Positions 49,564 through 58,500 of a stretch of 64,000 nt of DNA are shown here, piece by piece; the first letter of the stretch is position 1, and each line of letters begins with the position of its first letter. This DNA is from a virus. The notes under the pieces were generated by a model that saw only the letters and a list, made by a program, of their open reading frames with translations, had not been told where the DNA came from and searched no databases. Location: positions 32,001-96,000 of IMG/VR virus record IMGVR_UViG_3300044614_000912; one strand, given 5' to 3'. A program made the translations under genes and the position numbers.

Positions 49564-52500
49564 TTATTTTCCTCTGATTCTTAGATTGAGATTATCAGAA
49601 TAACTTCCTACCCCACTAGCCATGAATAACATTAATCCAGACTCGGATACAATTATTGGGTCTGGAGTATGTACGTATAATAACATTCCAGATGGCTCGT
49701 TGGAAATTATTCCATCGACGGAGCTAGTGTACAGTCCTAAATCATTATACACATTAATTATGCTGTCTACACTAGTAAATAGATTGATATTCCCAGATGC
49801 ATTTTGTGCCCCATCGGTAAATAGGGGTAAATTACCGCTATTTGGAATTCCGAAGAAATAGGTGCCTTCTACAGATTTAATATATGGTCGATGTTCGATA
49901 AAGCCCTTTAATACTGGGTCTTGTCCAGATGCTTCTACGAATATTTCACCTTGATAATTACTATATATGATACCAGTTGCTTTATATTCCTTATTGGCGT
50001 CCAAATTATTCTTGAAAGACAAGAAGATTGCTGGATCGCCAGATGCATTTGTTTCTCCAAAGAATTTGGCGTCAATAAATGAATCTGGACTTTGTATGGC
50101 TGGAGCTTGACCTCTTAACATAATATCAGTGATAAATGCGGCACCAGCGCCGGTAACAAATTGATCGTAACTTAGAGGTAATCCAAGTTCATCATAAGCA
50201 TATTGTTCTCTATTTGATGTTTCGCTATGCGATCCACCAATAATTGTGTAATCAGCATCTGTTCGTTTTGATCTATCTAAAGCGACTGATTCTCCAAATC
50301 TGTCAGAAACGTCTGTGCCATATAATGTATACTCATGGTAAAATGGTGCGTTTTCTACTAGTTTTTCTACATAAACCCATTCTTGCTTCTTGGTGGGCCA
50401 ATCTACTATCTTGTTTTCAAATGTAAAAATAGCACCCATATTTATAATAGTATTAGCATTTACAATTGATGGATCGTAGGTATTTCTTATTCCAGAATTG
50501 CCAAGATCAATAACGGCCCTAGATGGAATACGGAACTCTGGATTGAAACATCTTCTAATAAAATCTCCAGAGCCATTAATGACATAGTTGCCATAATCAT
50601 GACCCGGAGCGCCGATAGCAATAATATCTCCGTCTATATCTATATCGCTACCAAATTTATCTCCCATAATTTCAATGCCAGAATTTGATCCAACATTGAT
50701 ACTATCTGGTCTTAACTTTTGAGTAAATGACCAAGGGGTAAATGTACCATGTAATCCACTGCCCTTATTGTTTCTTTCAAATAAATATGCCGCTCCAGCA
50801 CCACCATTATATGATAGTTCTATACCGGATGTTGATCCTCCATCTAATATATAATCCCAAGAAGATATTTCTTCTCTAGAATAAGCACTGAATGGTGAAC
50901 CGACAACAAGTTTATTTTTGTATAGTGCTACAGAATAACCGAATAGATCGCCGGGGAATCCAGATTGTGTGATGTCAAAGTCAAGGTAATCATAACCTTT
51001 TTCTTTCATTAAATCTGGCATACCGCCACCAATGCCAGCATCTCTATAAAGCTTACCGTCGATAACGCCACTGAACATAGCGGTTGCACCGTGAGATGTT
51101 TGTATGCCCTTAAAGCCGCTTATAATACCCTGTTTGATGTTTTCAATTTCTTCCGAAGTTGCACCATCGGGCCAAGGATTCTTCTTGGGGCGTTTAACAA
51201 ACTTGGGATCATATCTAGATTCTTTATTAGAAAATGATGATAATCCAACGGGCGATCCAGCAAAATCACCAAACAAGTGAGCCAAGCCGCTATTATTCAC
51301 AATACTTCTATACTTTTGTGGACTTCCTCTTTCTGGGGGCATAATCTTAGTCATAATAGTATACTGTCTTCCAGAATTTGTATCCGGCCAGTTAGTATAA
51401 GGATAGAGGCTTCTTAAGAATCTCACAGTTTCAGAACTCATGCGGAAGTTATCATCTCCCATGCATTGACCTTGAACAAGGCTAGAATCAGAAATTAAGG
51501 TAATTCTTGATCTTGCTACTCCTGTCATGAATTGTGAAAAATGTTCGATTTCTTGTGCTACTATTACAGGACCGTCTGCGATTTGCTTGTGACCGAGTGT
51601 ATCTTCACATCCATCAGCGCAGTAAACGGTATTGTCATTTAATATAGGCGATACAATAACCTCTGTTAAGGTTTGTGCTGGTTGAGGATCAGAAATACGA
51701 TAATATTCATTTCTATCAAACACTTGATAAAATTCTGGTATTCTTACTGTTTCTATTGGTACTAATACTCCAGAAATACCCAATAATCGCGTTGTCTTTG
51801 GTATATAGGAATTTGTTTTAACGGATAACCTTTCATTGTTATTCGCTATATAGAAATTGATTGTTGATGCTTCTCGTATAACCTGTGCATCAAATGAATA
51901 TGTTACTGGTTTATTTTCTATGCTATAGGTGGCTCTTCGTAAGTTTCCTAGTTTATCAACTGAATATCCAGCACCCAAATCATAACCAAATAATCCTTCT
52001 GTATCTGAATCTGATGGATTAGTAGTAATTCTCATGTTAACATTTTGAGTGGCGATAAATAGGTCTTCTGTTTCAGCCGGTGTTTCTGATATTGTGGTAA
52101 TGAAAATCTTATAACCAGAACCGGGAAGTGCAGGAAAAGAAACCTTAGTTACGCCAGATAATGACTTCCAATAACCATTTGTAATAAATTTCTTATCGTA
52201 GATTGGTCTATAGTCATAACATACTGGAACAGTATTTTCCACTAGTGCTATTGGCGTGAATCTACTTTGTGATACAACTTCAAAATATTCTATAGATGTA
52301 TTTACATTCCATCCTGTAGATACTGGGTGAATAGAATTAAACTCTAGAGATTCAGCGCCATCAACGACCGCATATTGATCAAGTACTGGTAGATATAATG
52401 GTTTAATTCTGCTACCAATCATATCAGATAACTGTTTAGCCAACAGAACCTGTGAGATATTATTGTCATATGTAATGATAAGCTTTTTATTTGGTCCGTT

Positions 52501-55500
52501 TAACCAAGATAGAAGATCGGTAAGTTCTTGTTGTGATGGTAAACCAGCGGGATTTGCTATCCAGCATACATCGTATTGATCTAACAGTGTGATTACATTC
52601 TCATCTACTGTGTTGCCAACGTTTTGAAATAAGTTAAACAAAAACGAATCTGGATATGCATCAATGAAACTAGTTCTCTTTGTCCAACCACCTAATTGTG
52701 CAATTAAAGATTCACCGTCTATCGTTCTACCAACTAGATTGGCGTAAAAATTAATATTTTGATCGCCAAAGCCAGAATATAGATTATTTTCTGATTCGGT
52801 GAAAACACCCGCTATGAATACCAACTTAGAAGATTTGTTAGCTAATGTTTCTTCAACGCAATAATATCCACGATTAGAAGCAATTTGTTTGTCTTCTAGA
52901 ATTTCGGATTGAGGAATCGCATTAGCCATTATCAATGATTGTCTATCATCAAAAATTTCTGGAGTGTAAAATAAACCATTAGAATTAATTTGACCTTCAT
53001 TAAGATTCAAATAGGATGATGTATTCTCGCCAGAATTCCAAATAAATGCTACGCTAGATGGTGATATAGGAGCATCAAAAATAGTTTGGAATCTAGACTC
53101 TTCTACAGTCCTATATACTGGATATACTCCAGACACGGCTGGGGATGCTGGTATATTTGTTATTTTTGTCACATAATCGCCAGCCACTATCAATGGAACT
53201 GGTTCTTGCTGTGGGAAATCAAACGGTCCAACTTGCGGAACACAGCACGGTGGAGAATATGTTCTAAACATGTAAGCCCAATTTACTGGATAATATACCC
53301 ATTGATCTTTACAGTTTTTGCATCTATCTGTCCACTCTGCTCTAAGATCGCCTAGATGCTTGAGTGGTAATTCGCATTTTTCATTAATAACTTCAAATGC
53401 TGACTCTCCAGAATCTATCAATTCTGATGGTAAAGCATCATTTTTAGATGTACATGGCATAAACTGGGCAAATTCTGGACTGTCTTTTAAGTACATGCGA
53501 ATATCAGCAACGCCATAAGCTTTTGTGGTGATCGGCTCAATATATGATGGGGTTGTGTTACGCGGTATATAAGATGGTAGAGCCATTGAGCATCCAGAAG
53601 ATAAAGCCTCATAAGAATTTCTGGCAGGATATAGTCTTAATCTAGACTTGACTCTATCCAAAATCTTATTTATAATGCTGTTGGATGTTTCATATATTCC
53701 ATTCTTTTCCCATATTGGATCGTTTCCAACCAGCACAAGATTTCTATCTCCTAATGCTAGCCAATTAAGAATGTTGTCTGTGACTTCATCGCTTAAAGCA
53801 TCTACTTCTGGAGTAATAATGAATGCTAAACCCGCCTCTTGTGGAATATTAACTTCTGTAAATTCTGTCTTTCTGAAGTTCATGTCGCTAAATGCTGAAG
53901 CAAGATAATTGAAATGACCAGAATCTTCTGGAAAATCCATACTTTCTTGTAGATTTCCAAATTTTCCGAATTCTACGACACTATTATGTGGGTAATATTT
54001 TCTAGCTTCAAACAATCTGACGGCACCGGCATTTGTACTATTTATCCAGCTTGGACTAATTAGATTAGTATTTAGATTTTCATCATTATTTGGATCATTA
54101 TATCCTTCATTTTTATACCAAACATTTCCATCTTCCCATTCATTAAAGCTATCAGTTGGGGCACCAAATGCAACAACTGTGCCATCTTCATTTACAGCAA
54201 CGCTATAACCCAATCTTGATGTAGGAGCAAAATGTTCTGGTATGAAACTCCAAGTACCAAAATTATAACTGATATTGCCATATCCATATGTGTAGATATT
54301 TTGATACTCTTGAATATTAAGATATTTTCTAGCTTCAAATTTTTCAGTTGAATCTAGTTTGGAATAAAGGATTTGATTTGCGTATTCTATTCCATAGGTA
54401 TTCGACCATATTGCATAATCGGTGATCATATTCCTATATCTAGCAAATAAACCTCCAGTAATGGCATTTTTGTATCCAAGCCAAGAAAATAGACCAGCAT
54501 AGAGTCTATCTTTTTCTTCTGGCTTGTACTCATAAACCTTACAAGCTTCTGAAATGTATGGCGATCCAATGGCGATGACTTCTGTATCATCACTAATTGC
54601 TACTGCATGTCCAAATCTGTCTGGAATACCATATGTTATATTTGGAGAACGTATTTCTTGAACAAGATTCCATGCGCCGCTTTCTTTTTCAAATACATAT
54701 ACTCTGCCGCCGCTTTCTGGAGGATAATTAAACTGTGATAGATTTTCATTAAAGAATTCCTGACCAACTCCAGATGTAAGATACTTGACTTGATTGTTGG
54801 ATACAAGTCTTCCTGTATCAAGAACTTCCCCAAGAATAGTTTGGGACATGAATACCCAATTTTCTGCCGCACCAAAATCAGATTGATATTCTACAAATGC
54901 TCCAGAGCTTTGAATTCCATAAAAATCTCTTAATCCACTAGCAAAGCTATAGTTTAGATAATAGTCTCTAAACATATTTTTAGCCTTACCCAACGCACCA
55001 CGCATAGAAGCACTATCATCAACATACAATCCTAATATTGGTGGAATATTATTATGAATTTTTGTCTCATCGTATGGGAAAGCCTCATTAAAGGCTTCTT
55101 TGATACCACTTAAAATTCTTTCATTTTGTTCTGGAGTTGGGATTCCTTTTACTCGTTCAATTTGTTTTTTGATGATAAAATTTGGTTTTGGTTCTGGAAA
55201 CTCTTTAACGGTGACATTAGTAGAATTCTTAGTTGGTTCACAAATAATTAGTTTAACGTCAAAACGAATTGGTGGTTCAGCAAAATATCTAAACAATAAG
55301 TCTTTGTTGTATATGGTGTCTAGTATGTCTTCGTAACTGTAATTTGGTCGTGGTTTTTTACCGGGGGCTGGTATAACTGGAGTAAATTCGTCAGTAAAGA
55401 TCATTACTCCGATTTGTACGCCGGATGTATATAAATCCTCAAAATCTCTTTGCCATTTGGCACTAGGACCACCAACTACAAGAACTTCTCGTTTATTTTC

Positions 55501-58500
55501 TCCAAATGATTTATGAGTATCTGAAGCAGCTATATCAAGACTATGGCCGAACTGTCTGCCTTCTTGACCAACATTCCATTTTCTTTGAATCACAGTGGCT
55601 GGAAGTTCGATATTATCAATCTTGTTGGTTTCAATTCTATCATAGTAATCTTTTCTTAAACCAGATGGTAGATATAATCTTTCTTCCAGATACCAAGGCG
55701 ATTTTTGCGTTCCATCGGGCCAACTATATCCACTTGGTCTATTATCTCTTCTAAAGATATAAACAGCACCGGCTTCATCTAATGTACTAGTTACAAGGTT
55801 GCCACTAGAATCATATTCTGTATATGTAATATCATGACCGGGAGCGCCTATACAAGCTAGATTATTTTTGACTGCAACAGATTTACCAAATTTTTCATTG
55901 ATTTGCCTTAAAGTAGAGCCTTGGTTACTATTTGGTGAATCAGCAGTAAGTTTTCTATTAGTATAATTTGTATAACCATTATTTACTACTAGATCGTTAA
56001 CAACTATTTCATCTGTTCCATATTCGCTTTCGATATATTCTGTTGGTAATTCTATAGTATTTTTACTTCCTGTCTTACCAATTACATTAACAAAGTATGG
56101 AGCCTGTGGTATAAGATTTGTGTACTTTCTAAGCCCGTAGAAGTGTCCACTATATCCAATTTCTGTCTTAAATCCACTTGTTTCCAAATTAGTGTATGTG
56201 TTCTTCGCTCTGAATATTCCTCCGTCAACGCAATCATTTGGTGTTGACCATATATCTTCGTGTAGAACAACTGATTCTTCTGTGCAGGAGCCAACATTTT
56301 GACAATTACCATAGCATAATAGTTCAACACCGCGTATTTCATCGTTTGCTTCTAGATAAGCATATCTATTGTCATCAACAGCAATATTCTTGCCGGGATA
56401 ATCACTATTCCAAGTAATTGTGTATTGTTGTGAGCCGGTGGCGCTGAATGCTGGATAATTAACCAAGAATAGATTTACAGATGAATCTATATTTGTTACA
56501 TCGAAATCTTTGCCACTAATCCATAGATTCATTCTTTCGCCGCCATCTACCAACGAAACTGGTACTGGTGGAGAATTTATGAACATTGGCATAGCTTCTC
56601 TATAAATTACAGATACCCTCAATGGAGAAGCTTGCATATGCATAGTCATAGAAGAACTATTGCTCTCTATGAGTCCTACGCTCTTAGTAAAGAGTTGAAT
56701 AGAACCGCTAGCAGATTGATCTTCTATTCTATTTGTAATTGTAATCGGGAGAATTTGTTCATCGAATTTGTTATATCTACCAGACACATATAAGTTAGGG
56801 CCAAGATAGTAATCCTCACCGGCGGTGGCACCAAATAATTGAGAAGTAGAACTATTAACAGAGCCTTTATTAAAAGTGAAGAGTCTAACATTTTGTGGGG
56901 TAGCATAATACGCTGAACCAATGAACATATTAACATTATCAGAGCTAACATCTGGCAGTGTGCCGCTGGTATAAAGCTGGAAGTCATCAGCAATAGTTCC
57001 GCGACCATAAACATATAAGTTAACGTCTTCTAGCCACTTCTTTTCTCCGTTTGAGAATAGATTTAGTGAAGTATTAACATTTTCTTCTGATATCAGCGCA
57101 TTCTCTAGTCTTACATTGGCTGAGTGTAATTTAATTCTTGATTCAAAAGGCGAACCAGATGGATACACTAAATCATATTGTAAGTACATCTGATTAATAT
57201 CAGTGGAATAGTACTTAGTATCAAATTCTGTAATGCTTCTTTCTACATCAAAATTTGCCCAAGGCTCAGATGTGTCTATCAAATCTTGGTAAGTAAATTT
57301 GCTAGAAATCTTCTGCCAGCATCCAGATGGTTCTAGATAATGAATTGCTCTATTAATCAAACCCCAATTTCTCTTACTTGGAGCATAAGATGGGTCTTGA
57401 CTTGGGGTATACAAACTTACTATAAGTTTAGGACCGATATCTCCATTAGGCCAAATGATGTTATTAAATGTTTCGTGTTCTAAAATTGTGTCAACTACCA
57501 ATGCATCTTCTACAAAATTATATCCCCTCGGCAATGTCTTAGAAATTCTTGGATGTGCAGAGTAAAAATTGCCACTCGATGAAACGTCTGATAAGTATAG
57601 TCTTAAAAAGTCATTCTCTATTTGCGTGTGATATGCTAATCCAGAAGCCAATACATTAGAAGGTAATGGTAGGTTTGTTATTTGTGAATATCCAGAACCA
57701 TGATGATTAATACTATGTAGTATATAATCTCTTCCAACTCTTTGAGTTAAGAAATCAAAGTCTGGTGAGAACTGACAAACTTTAAAATCACCTAAATGCC
57801 AACTATCTGTATCTTCTGATACCAATGTATTAAGAATATTTCTATCATCATGCCATGATTCATTAGATGACCAATACTTATTTCTTTGTGATGCAAAAAA
57901 TGATGGTACATCCGACGCCTTATAGAAACTATCTCTAAATCCTGTCTTGCTAGTAGATATAGCCCCACTAGACTCTGGATACGAAATGCTAGAGAATGGA
58001 GTAAATCTTAAATTAGTCCTGTTATAAAATAAATTGCTTTGCTGAACTATAGCTTTATTATGTGTTGATATTCCAATTTCACTAACAAACATATTTAATC
58101 CGACACCAGATGCTGGACAATGACCAATCAATAAATCATTATTACTTGGATTAAAAGATACTATTCTTAGATTACCAATACTTCCGAAAGGAGCAATAAA
58201 GCCTCTATTTAATGTCCAAGCACCTTGAGAAATTTCATTATCGGTATACAAAAACATGGAATTTGCCACGCCTAAAGAAGCATATGGTTCTTTGAATGTA
58301 ACCATAGCTGACATGGGGAATTTGTATGCTGAATAATGTGCGGAATCTCTAGCCTTTAACATTACTCCAGAAATATAAGCATAAGCACACAAATGACCAT
58401 TTTCATATCCAAGAACAAAACCTTGCTGTGAACCAGCATCCCACTGAGACATAACAACGCCAGAATTGATTAAATTAAAGTTTGATCCACTTACTGGTAA

